DNA from: Candidatus Zixiibacteriota bacterium
Lineage (GTDB): Bacteria; Zixibacteria; MSB-5A5; GN15; FEB-12
DNA length: 39,088 nt
NCBI GenBank assembly: GCA_022562075.1
Contig: JADFPZ010000002.1
Location: 1 to 39,088 of the forward strand
Reading direction: 5' to 3'
The position numbers were made by a program, and so were the translations under genes. Each line of letters begins with the position of its first letter. The stretch's first letter is position 1. Positions 25,523 through 33,137 of the stretch are shown here, piece after piece. The notes beneath the pieces were generated by a model that saw only the letters and a list, made by a program, of their open reading frames with translations, was not told the DNA's origin and did not search any database.

Positions 25523-26587
25523 GTGTTACTTTTGAGAATTACTCGCTTGCTGCTTCTTAGTTTGATTTCTCTTTCTTTCTGTCTTGACTCGAACGCCCAA
25601 GTGAAGCGTACAATTGATGGATATTCCCAATCATTTAGGCGAGGAAATCAACCATGGATAAGACAATTTGTAGGCTCGTTCTCGTTTCAAGATCTGCCTG
25701 AACAATTAACTCCAGTAACTGTCGACTTTGAACTTGTGGTACCTGATACTTTTACCTGGGGAAACAACGAAGATTGGATATTAGGAGTTCATTATCGACA
25801 GGGCAAAGTTCAACTATTGGGTGATTCAATATTTACTTGGACAGGCTCGCACAAACCCGGTGATCGATTTTGGGGGACCCTCCAGTTCGAACCTCTCGCC
25901 TCGGGATTTTACACAATTACTCTTTATGCAAAACCAAAGCAAACGCTTACTCTGATGGCTGCTATTACACCAGGTTTGACATTCGGTTGGTGTTTAAATG
26001 AAAGTGGAGAATTAATATACCTTGGCAATCCTGAATCAAAGACGATTACATGCGATTACGTCTATACTCATTTCTTTAAAGGAGACACTGTATTTATCTC
26101 AGGAGGAGCAGACTCTCGCTATCTCTTTGATTATCAAATCTTGGTTTCGCCAATTCCAAGAATCGGAGATACGAGCCAATTCATATATAAGCTAGTAGCA
26201 AAAAAAGATTTCCCCAATGGCATTGACCTTCGCCTTAATTCAAGACATATGAAACTTGTGTCTTTGCCAGATAATCTTGGGACTCCTCTCTTTGTTGGCG
26301 ACACGTTAAATGTTACAGTAAAAGCGATGCCACTACAAATTCAGAAAGGACAAGGACTTTCTCTACAGTTCTGGGTTGAATATGGAAATAAGGAGCTTGG
26401 TGGAAAAGGAAGGCAATGGATTGGCTGCACAATGCATTTCAATACAGAAGGGAATCTCCAGTTTATAAACGACGAAACTCTACTTTTAAAAGACAAATAT
26501 GTTGATGCCAACCTTCCCCCCCGTTTGCCCGGAGGTAGCGAATTGGTTATTTTATACAAAAACGGTAGAATTGAACGTATTCAATGA
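25523..26587 (+). CDS. secreted hypothetical protein, no recognisable domain
   Basis: 354-aa ORF with a GTG start. It has a signal-peptide-like N-terminus (LLRITRLLLLSLISLSFCLDSNA|Q). Its composition is visibly AT-richer than flanking genes. No motif recognised. Confidence 0.6.
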   Translation: MLLLRITRLLLLSLISLSFCLDSNAQVKRTIDGYSQSFRRGNQPWIRQFVGSFSFQDLPEQLTPVTVDFELVVPDTFTWGNNEDWILGVHYRQGKVQLLGDSIFTWTGSHKPGDRFWGTLQFEPLASGFYTITLYAKPKQTLTLMAAITPGLTFGWCLNESGELIYLGNPESKTITCDYVYTHFFKGDTVFISGGADSRYLFDYQILVSPIPRIGDTSQFIYKLVAKKDFPNGIDLRLNSRHMKLVSLPDNLGTPLFVGDTLNVTVKAMPLQIQKGQGLSLQFWVEYGNKELGGKGRQWIGCTMHFNTEGNLQFINDETLLLKDKYVDANLPPRLPGGSELVILYKNGRIERIQ

Positions 26588-26611
26588 GCTTTAGATAGTG
26601 TTTCATTCCTC

Positions 26612-26869
26612 CTATATCTCCTTCAGCGATTTCACCTGTCTCAGCTTCCTGAATAGCTGCACGTACTCTCTGACCATTATCTCTTCTGCTTCGGATAAAC
26701 CTTCCATCATCGGGATTCCGATTTTCAGCACGGCTCTGACCATATCAGAAGTCGTGCGGTCATATTTTTGCGCCAATTTCTTGAGCCGCTCTTTTAATTC
26801 GTACGAGACAAAAATGTTGAGACAATGCCCGCCGCGGAGACGTTCTTTTTGCTTGGTTTCTGTGGTCAT
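26612..26869 (-). CDS. ribbon-helix-helix (CopG/Arc/MetJ-like) DNA-binding protein
   Basis: 85 aa from the ATG at 26869, which has a perfect AAGGAG 8 nt upstream. The RHH pattern is LNIFVSYELKERLKKLAQKYDRTTSDMVRAVLKIGI. The track ORF extends to 26962, but that extension translates the palindromic repeat. Confidence 0.72.
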   Translation of the reverse strand: MTTETKQKERLRGGHCLNIFVSYELKERLKKLAQKYDRTTSDMVRAVLKIGIPMMEGLSEAEEIMVREYVQLFRKLRQVKSLKEI

Positions 26870-26909
26870 TTTGATTTTCTCCTTGTTTGTTATATGTGTG
26901 ACCAAATTT

Positions 26910-26990
26910 GAGACAGTCGCCCTGAGCCTGTCGAAGGGTCTGTCGCAAGCTGTCTCTTCCATTTAAACTGCGTCTGGTTCGACAGGCTCA
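26910..26990. repeat. GC-rich nested palindromic element between the sigma-r4 gene and the RHH gene
   Basis: A 13-bp perfect inverted repeat: TGAGCCTGTCGAA (26923-26935) and TTCGACAGGCTCA (26978-26990). A 7-bp inverted repeat: GAGACAG (26910-16) and CTGTCTC (26950-56). CTGTC occurs three times (26928, 26940, 26950). Confidence 0.7.
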
Positions 26991-27001
26991 CCATGACGCT
27001 G

Positions 27002-27505
27002 CTAATGATATTTCTGATGTCCAATCAACGTCTGTGGTGACTTTATCTTAAGTCCAAACTTCTCCCGAATTCGCTTCATCACCGGACTCCAGGTCTCTTC
27101 CGGTTTCTTTTTCAAAATAATCCTGTCGATTTTAGCTCGCTGCGGCGAATCACAAATCAGGCAGGCTCTGCCTTTTTTTATTTTGATGCCGAAGCTTCTT
27201 TTGACAAACGGCTGCAAACGGCTTTTCAGTTTGCGAATCGCCCGCTTATGAAGAGCTTCGAGTTTGTGATTAGCCCGTCCTGATTTATCTGAGATTTCGT
27301 TATAACCCTGCCCCATAAAATAAAAGCGAATGACAAACTCCATCTCATCTTCTGACAGGCCTTCCATAGCATGTCTGACCTGGCGGTCGATCTCTGCGGA
27401 CTTTTCGCTTCCGGTTTCAATCATGTCAAAGAAGTTTTTGATCTTAAGCGGGTCTAATCCCAGCTCTACTATCCAGTTTTGATAGATAACACGGCTACCC
27501 GGCAT
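27002..27505 (-). CDS. sigma-70 region-4-only HTH protein with a C-terminal CxxC...HxxxH tail
   Basis: 167 aa from the ATG at 27505, with AAGGAG 8 nt upstream. The track ORF starts at 27535. LSEDEMEFVIRFYFMGQGYNEISDKSGRANHKLEALHKRAIRKLKSRL matches the sigma-70 region 4.2 pattern, and no region 2 is present. The C-terminus contains CLIC ... HQKYH. Confidence 0.7.
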   Translation of the reverse strand: MPGSRVIYQNWIVELGLDPLKIKNFFDMIETGSEKSAEIDRQVRHAMEGLSEDEMEFVIRFYFMGQGYNEISDKSGRANHKLEALHKRAIRKLKSRLQPFVKRSFGIKIKKGRACLICDSPQRAKIDRIILKKKPEETWSPVMKRIREKFGLKIKSPQTLIGHQKYH

Positions 27506-27702
27506 TTTGGCGGCTCCTTTTTTTAAGCTTAGCATAGCTCTCCGGACGACCGCTCCGCTACAACATCGGTTTCATCTGTTCTATGTCACATATCTTGATG
27601 GCTCTGTCATGTGATTCACAAATTGAACCAGGGCTGGACTGGCGGTCATTAAGAGATTAAATTGATTCTGGCAAATGGTCGATAATCAATAGATGGAAAA
27701 AT

Positions 27703-28485
27703 TTGAGGAAAAGTTTGAGCGCCGAACAGTTTGAAAGAGTAGAAGTCTACAAACCAGATCCGGAAGAAACTGAAGAGACAATGCGTTTCAAATCTGAAAC
27801 TCAAAACGAGTCTTTCCGGAAATCTGCTTTGACCTGGATATCTCTGGCATTCTTGATAATTGTATATCCGTTACTCTCTATTTTCCCAGGCGAAGACCCT
27901 GCGCGCATATTGGACGGCCTCAATGATACTACCCGGCTGGTTTTGTTCATCAGCACTATGATTATTCTGTGGACTCTTTTTCTTTTAATATTTGGAGCAG
28001 TAACCAGAGAGCAAACCGGCTTGGCCGGCATTGGATTTGATAAAATTCAACCGATTCATTTTGCCTGGGCTGTAGCTTTTTTGACAGCATCAATTCTAAT
28101 CTTAACCGGAGTAGAGTTGCTATTAGCAAAGATAGGCTTGCCAATGCCCGGTGAAATAGCTCTCTTGATTCCTCAAGACACGACCGGCAGAATTGTCTGG
28201 ATCTTTGTATCATTTACAGCAGGATTTTGCGAAGAAGCCGCCTTTCGCGGCTACCTCATGACACGTCTGAGATTGATTGGCAATTTCCAAAACTGGGTTA
28301 TCCCTACTATAGTTTCGGCGGTAGTCTTCGGTGCCTGCCATGCCTACCAAGGCCTTCCCGGGTTTATTGTGATTTCGATTTACGGCGCCATGTTCTCCTG
28401 GTTGTACATACGCACCGGCTCTATCTGGCCGCCGATTATCGCGCATTTCTTTCAGGATTTTGGCGCACTATTTTTCCCGCAGTAA
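27703..28485 (+). CDS. CPBP-family intramembrane glutamic endopeptidase (CAAX protease/Abi family)
   Basis: 260 aa, multi-TM. Motif 1 is FCEEAAFRGYL, motif 2 is FGACHAYQG and motif 3 is IIAHFFQDF. The start is TTG in the track, and the exact start is uncertain. Confidence 0.85.
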   Translation: MRKSLSAEQFERVEVYKPDPEETEETMRFKSETQNESFRKSALTWISLAFLIIVYPLLSIFPGEDPARILDGLNDTTRLVLFISTMIILWTLFLLIFGAVTREQTGLAGIGFDKIQPIHFAWAVAFLTASILILTGVELLLAKIGLPMPGEIALLIPQDTTGRIVWIFVSFTAGFCEEAAFRGYLMTRLRLIGNFQNWVIPTIVSAVVFGACHAYQGLPGFIVISIYGAMFSWLYIRTGSIWPPIIAHFFQDFGALFFPQ

Positions 28486-28517
28486 ATTCTCGCCTTTTCC
28501 GAAAGTCAGTATGTAGC

Positions 28518-28546
28518 TTGACATCATTAAGCTTATCTTCTATCGT
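28518..28546 (+). promoter_or_regulatory. candidate sigma-70 promoter for the omptin-like gene (TTGACA-17 nt-TATCGT)
   Basis: TTGACA at 28518-28523 and TATCGT at 28541-28546. A GGAG Shine-Dalgarno precedes the ATG at 28582. Motif match only. Confidence 0.35.
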
Positions 28547-28581
28547 AGATTTTCAGATCACTCTTAGCGCGGAGATAGATT

Positions 28582-29595
28582 ATGAAACTCGTTTATGTTT
28601 TCGCTATTCTGATCTTAATAGCAACAGCGGCATCGGGGCAAGACCAGACTGAATCCGAAGAGATTTCTTTACCGACGCAGATAAATTTCATAGTCAAACC
28701 CTCTTTCTGGCAAATGTCCGGCGAGACAGAATATGATTTCAATATAACATTTCCTGAAATTTTGCCCTCAGGAGACACTGCTGATTACGCCATCAGAAGC
28801 CTTCTGGAATTCCCGCTGGATGTCAATATTGTCGGCGGGAGTATCGGCATTATGAAAAGCAACGAAGAGAAAACATTCTGGACTCTTGAGTTGGGCTTGT
28901 ATACTAGCTTGGGGGACCCGAGCGGGCTGATGAAAGACCATGACTGGATTACGGATCCTGGCGTATTCGACGGAAAATTCAGCTACACCGAGTCTGACGC
29001 CAAAATGAAAATGGTAATGTTTGATCTCGAAGGAACGGCGCTAATTTTTAATTTCGGCGGAGCCTCCATTTCGATCTTAGGTGGTTACCGTTATCAAAAG
29101 ATAGAGCAGGAAATTATCGGCTTCAGCGGCTGGTATATCGATTCGAATCTGACCCGGCAACTGCAAGCAGGAACAGAACCAGCCATTGATTACTGGATAA
29201 CTTATAAAGGACCAAAGTTCGGTCTTTCTTTTCAAAGAGAATTCTCATCAAAAGTTCAGCTCAACTTGAAATCAGCATTCACTATGGTCTGGGCCGAAGA
29301 TTTTGATGACCATTTGCTTAGAGGTTTTCACACTTTTGCCGACGGCACCGGCACAGGCATTCTTACTGGTGGCAATATTCGCTGGGACTTTAACAATCAA
29401 ATATCAGGCAGCCATCCTTTCGTAGAGCTCCGGGCCAGTTATGATTACCTCTCGGTAGATGCCACCCAGACTCGCGAGCAGTATGCGGATGGCGGCCCCA
29501 ACGAATTCCCGGTCGGTACCTCGTTTGGCGGCCTGCCTCACGACTTAAAATCCAGCCAGTTTCGATTTGGAGTCAATCTGGGCCTGATTTTTTAG
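28582..29595 (+). CDS. outer-membrane beta-barrel protein, omptin-like aspartyl protease (tentative)
   Basis: 337 aa with a signal peptide (MKLVYVFAILILIATAASG|Q) and a C-terminal barrel signature ending in F (FRFGVNLGLIF). By eye it aligns to E. coli OmpT around both catalytic pairs: MKDHDW against MVDQDW (Asp83/Asp85), and EDFDDHL against SDNDEHY (Asp210/His212). FDL and GY blocks are also shared. Confidence 0.55.
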   Translation: MKLVYVFAILILIATAASGQDQTESEEISLPTQINFIVKPSFWQMSGETEYDFNITFPEILPSGDTADYAIRSLLEFPLDVNIVGGSIGIMKSNEEKTFWTLELGLYTSLGDPSGLMKDHDWITDPGVFDGKFSYTESDAKMKMVMFDLEGTALIFNFGGASISILGGYRYQKIEQEIIGFSGWYIDSNLTRQLQAGTEPAIDYWITYKGPKFGLSFQREFSSKVQLNLKSAFTMVWAEDFDDHLLRGFHTFADGTGTGILTGGNIRWDFNNQISGSHPFVELRASYDYLSVDATQTREQYADGGPNEFPVGTSFGGLPHDLKSSQFRFGVNLGLIF

Positions 29596-29736
29596 ATTTA
29601 TTGCCGAATAAATTTCTGAGCCTTTTTGTAAGTTTCTGTATTTCAATAAGATACTCACCTTTTTTCTTTGAAAAGCCCGCAACTAAAGTTATTATTATTC
29701 GTAAGTATTAAGGGTATAAAAGGCAGCGGATAGCTG

Positions 29737-31899
29737 TTGCCGGAAATAACTGAACTCAAAGGACTGAGGCATATAAAGTTAGTGCAATTACTTATGAGAA
29801 ATCACAACCGACATGATTTGAACCGATCTGAGTTCTTACATAGTTCTACCACCGGTGAAGACCCCTGGGATGGAGCTGGCTATGGTGCGCGCAAACCCAA
29901 AGCCCGCGTTATGAGCTGGTGGGGCCACGCCCCTTCTCTTTTCATTACTGCCATCGCTCTGACTCTGAGCCTTCTTTTGCTTGCCGGCACTGGGCATGGC
30001 CAAAACGCTCCCAAAGCTGACAGCGACAGGCGCGGAAATCTGATGAAGATGGACAAAGAGACGCGCAGGCTGGCCGAAGAGTACGCTTATCTTCTGGAGC
30101 AGTTAATCTATTTGAGCACTGACTACTGCCTGTATTTTGAAAGACTTGACGACAAAGATGCCGCTCAAAACTACAAGTCTCTTAAAAATCTCTGCAGCAA
30201 TCTTTCGAAGTCCGGCTACTATGATAATCTGGAAAAGCTGGTAAGGGAGATTGAGAAATTAAAAGGGGAGCTGACCCTGCGAAAGAAAAGCCTGTCTCGT
30301 GCCAGAAAAAGAGACGCACTACAGACCGGTGAGATTAAACGCACTAAGGAGAGTTTGAAAGCGCTCCGCCTGACAAGTTCGCTTTTGACAGAGCTCACAG
30401 CCTTAGAAGAACAGCTTGAAGAAGAAGTAGTCTCCAAAACTGCAGCGGATAAAACACGCCGCCGGGTTATTCAACAATATGTTGTAACTGTTATGGGCGA
30501 TTCCATTGCCAGGCTGGCAGAAGTAGTCACACTGGCAAGTGTTCCTAAGATAAGAGTAAAGACCGGCATAAATGGCAGTGGCACGCAAATATATGTAACT
30601 TCTGAAAGATCTGCTCCGGTAGTAGTCACTATCCCGGAAATTCCCGAAATAACGGCGACAATTGAACCATACCAAACACCCAAACCTCCCAAGCCACCGA
30701 AATGGCAAGCTCGTAAGTATGCTCAGGACATCCACTTTTTCCATAGTGGCAATTCAACTAGTTTTGTAAAGTCTCTCCGAGACAGCATAAGTACATCCTC
30801 CGGCAAATCAGACATCATGATAATAAATCCATTTGGTATAATGAGCTTAACCGGTTGGGACAAGCAACAAGTATCAGCGACCTTTGAAATCTCGATTGTT
30901 TCTGTAAGTCCTGAAATGGCTGAAAAGTTTAGCAAAAAGATTCAATTGAGGATGTTTGAAGAAAAAGATAATGTGTATATCGAAGCAGTTGTGCCCAAAT
31001 TTACTGACCCACGAACAAAAATAGCTCAAAGCCATTTGAATCTAATGGTTCCTTTCAAAAATGATTTGAAAATCAGTAATTCAGCCGGCCAGATTAACTT
31101 AAGTGACCTTGAGAATAACATAAAGATTAGATCAAGCAATAGCTTGATAGATATTTTTCGGGTTGAAGGTGATATAGAAATAGTCAACAGCGGCGGAAAG
31201 ATAGAACTTGAAAGAGTATCGGGTAATATTTTAGTTAAAAATAGGATGGGCGGCCTGGTCAGCATTAAAAGTTCCAGCGGTAAAATAGAAGTGGATAATT
31301 CGCATGCCCCAATTGAAATCGACCACTGTAGTGGAGATTTAACTATTCGCAACAGTGGCAAGGTCGAAATAAACTATCACGACGGAACAGTCCATGTAAA
31401 TAATAGAAACGGTTTCGTTAGCGCCAACCATATTGATGGCGACCTGGTTGTATTTAATTCGTTTGAACCGCTCGAAGTGTATGATGTCACAGGCGCTGTC
31501 AGACTTGAAAGCGCCAATTCTGTTATTGAAGCAGAAAACATTGAAGGTACACTGGATATTAGCAATCGTTACGGAAAAATATTTACTTCATTCATAGTCG
31601 GGCCGATAAATATTCAAAGCAGCAACGGTGATGTCTTTATGGAAATGTTAGAGCAACTCAGCGGGAATTCGTCCGTTGTCGCCAACGGCGGCAGAGTTAT
31701 CCTTGGTTTATCGCCGCGCATAGATCTTCTAGTGACTATGGAAACGCAAAACGGCGTAATAGATGTGACAGATTTTCAGACAATCGCGAGCTCTGATTTG
31801 AATGGCCTGCAAACTGCCAGAGTTGAGTTAGGTAAAGCCTCTAATCTACTGGCTGTAAAAGGCAACAGGTCCAAAATCATAGTAAAAAAATCGCATTAA
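29737..31899 (+). CDS. membrane-anchored coiled-coil protein with a C-terminal DUF4097-like beta-helix (putative adhesin/envelope stress-type domain)
   Basis: 720-aa track ORF with a TTG start. More likely starts are the ATG at 29794 or 29911 (MSWWGHAPSLFITAIALTLSLLLLAG, a signal anchor). It has a heptad-rich region (about 30050-30470) and a PKPPKPPK linker. About 11 tandem 18-aa units of form hxhxNxxGxhxhxxhxGx follow (31063-31650). Confidence 0.75.
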   Translation: MPEITELKGLRHIKLVQLLMRNHNRHDLNRSEFLHSSTTGEDPWDGAGYGARKPKARVMSWWGHAPSLFITAIALTLSLLLLAGTGHGQNAPKADSDRRGNLMKMDKETRRLAEEYAYLLEQLIYLSTDYCLYFERLDDKDAAQNYKSLKNLCSNLSKSGYYDNLEKLVREIEKLKGELTLRKKSLSRARKRDALQTGEIKRTKESLKALRLTSSLLTELTALEEQLEEEVVSKTAADKTRRRVIQQYVVTVMGDSIARLAEVVTLASVPKIRVKTGINGSGTQIYVTSERSAPVVVTIPEIPEITATIEPYQTPKPPKPPKWQARKYAQDIHFFHSGNSTSFVKSLRDSISTSSGKSDIMIINPFGIMSLTGWDKQQVSATFEISIVSVSPEMAEKFSKKIQLRMFEEKDNVYIEAVVPKFTDPRTKIAQSHLNLMVPFKNDLKISNSAGQINLSDLENNIKIRSSNSLIDIFRVEGDIEIVNSGGKIELERVSGNILVKNRMGGLVSIKSSSGKIEVDNSHAPIEIDHCSGDLTIRNSGKVEINYHDGTVHVNNRNGFVSANHIDGDLVVFNSFEPLEVYDVTGAVRLESANSVIEAENIEGTLDISNRYGKIFTSFIVGPINIQSSNGDVFMEMLEQLSGNSSVVANGGRVILGLSPRIDLLVTMETQNGVIDVTDFQTIASSDLNGLQTARVELGKASNLLAVKGNRSKIIVKKSH

Positions 31900-33137
31900 A
31901 ATTTACCGGCCGTTAGCTTACTTTTCTTTAGCTTTAGTTTCAAGCGCTCAACTCTTTTTCTCAAATTAACTTTCTGGCTGGAAGGAATCTCTTTGTATCT
32001 GCCTGCCTGTGCAGCGTGCTCCAGCGCTTTGTGCAAATCTTTGGTGCGGTGCTCGTAGTGAACAGCCATTTCTATGTTTGCTAAAAAACCATGCCTGGAA
32101 TTTTCGGACGTTACTTTAGAAAGCAGCTCTATGCTTTCATCAAATTTTCTCAGCCGCTTAAAACTTCGGGCATAAAACAAGACTGCTTCGGCGCTCATAG
32201 CTCCTGAGAGTCTTTCAGCCTGATTATAAACAACCTCTATTTTTTCGCGCTCCTGGCGCCTGTCATACCATTTTGACAGCGAATGTAAGTCTTCCGGATA
32301 TTCCAGACTACCGCCGGTTGTTGAGTACGCCTCGGCAATAAGTCTGGCTAAAAAGAAAAGAGAAACAATATCCAGCCGGTTGTGCTCAATTACAGCATTC
32401 ATCTTAGAAAGGTCTTCACCATTCAGCCAGTCGAAAAATACCGACGGCACCAAATAGCCGGGGATGTCGTCTGTGCGATGAAAGCCCAACAGTTCTCTTT
32501 CAAGATTTGTCAGAGTACAGCTTTGCAGTCGGCGCTTAAAAAGCCTTCGCGACGAATGAAGCAAATCCAGGTGATGCTTGAAGCTCAGCTTTCGTCCGAC
32601 ACGATTAATTATCAATCTGTCAGTCAAAAGCGGCAAATCGAATGATTTGCCATTAAAAGTTACAACCGATATCTCGTCACTAAAGATACTATTTAAATCT
32701 TCCAGCATGGCAGTTTCGTCTGAGTAGTCGGGGATAATGTACTGTAACAGTTCGAAGCCTTCGTCAATTATCCGGCCAACTCCGATTAAAAAAGCTACTG
32801 CTCCGGCGCCGCCCAGTCCGGTTGTTTCGGTATCAATAAAGATAACTGAGCCGAAGTCGACAGTCTGGCTGTGGCTACTGGCATCGAAGGCAGCCAGCGG
32901 CAGCGGACTATTTATTCCTGAGGTAGTAAGCTGATGGCTGCCGTGCCTATAGCCTAGGGGAAAGACTGTGCGAATAAGACAGTAATTCCCGGCGTTGTTT
33001 GTTATCAGTTTTCCGCCGAGAGCTTCGGCGAAGTCTAAGTAACGGCTCGGAATTTTTGGCTTAGAAACAGGCGCTGAACTGTCACCCAGATGCCCCTTAA
33101 GTCGATTGAGTTTATCAGTTAGCTGAGTACGTGCCAT
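31896..33137 (-). CDS. YprB-type RNase H-fold (DnaQ/PolB-exo-like) predicted exonuclease with a C-terminal helical (TPR-like) region
   Basis: 413 aa. The motifs VIFIDTETTGL, VTFNGKSFDLPLL, HLDLLHSSRRLFK, DDIPG and IEHNRLDIVSL match my memory of the YprB/RNase_H_2 family. The C-terminal ~110 aa are helical-repeat-like. Confidence 0.75.
   Translation of the reverse strand: MARTQLTDKLNRLKGHLGDSSAPVSKPKIPSRYLDFAEALGGKLITNNAGNYCLIRTVFPLGYRHGSHQLTTSGINSPLPLAAFDASSHSQTVDFGSVIFIDTETTGLGGAGAVAFLIGVGRIIDEGFELLQYIIPDYSDETAMLEDLNSIFSDEISVVTFNGKSFDLPLLTDRLIINRVGRKLSFKHHLDLLHSSRRLFKRRLQSCTLTNLERELLGFHRTDDIPGYLVPSVFFDWLNGEDLSKMNAVIEHNRLDIVSLFFLARLIAEAYSTTGGSLEYPEDLHSLSKWYDRRQEREKIEVVYNQAERLSGAMSAEAVLFYARSFKRLRKFDESIELLSKVTSENSRHGFLANIEMAVHYEHRTKDLHKALEHAAQAGRYKEIPSSQKVNLRKRVERLKLKLKKSKLTAGKF

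Noticed and set aside
26612-26869. RHH protein as the antitoxin of a type II toxin-antitoxin pair.
   Set aside because: No small toxin-like ORF (RelE/ParE/PIN/MazF-size) is adjacent on either side. The downstream neighbour is convergent and the upstream neighbour is a sigma-r4 HTH protein.
26598-26966. 122-aa plus-strand ORF, and the 31-codon N-terminal extension (26870-26962) of the RHH ORF.
   Set aside because: The plus-strand ORF is a Ser/Phe-rich antisense shadow of the RHH gene. The extension has no RBS and merely translates the GC-rich palindrome (FDRLRAT), whereas the internal ATG at 26869 has a perfect AAGGAG at 8 nt.
26976-26990. GGTTCGA string resembling a tRNA T-arm.
   Set aside because: The flanks cannot be folded into acceptor, D or anticodon arms. 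The string is one arm of the 13-bp inverted repeat. No tRNA-like sequence was found anywhere in the window.
31896-31899. Convergent genes (DUF4097-like and YprB-like) sharing their stop codons in a TTAA overlap.
   Set aside because: It is real in the sequence but a common compact-genome arrangement. The only implication is the lack of room for terminators. Not pursued.
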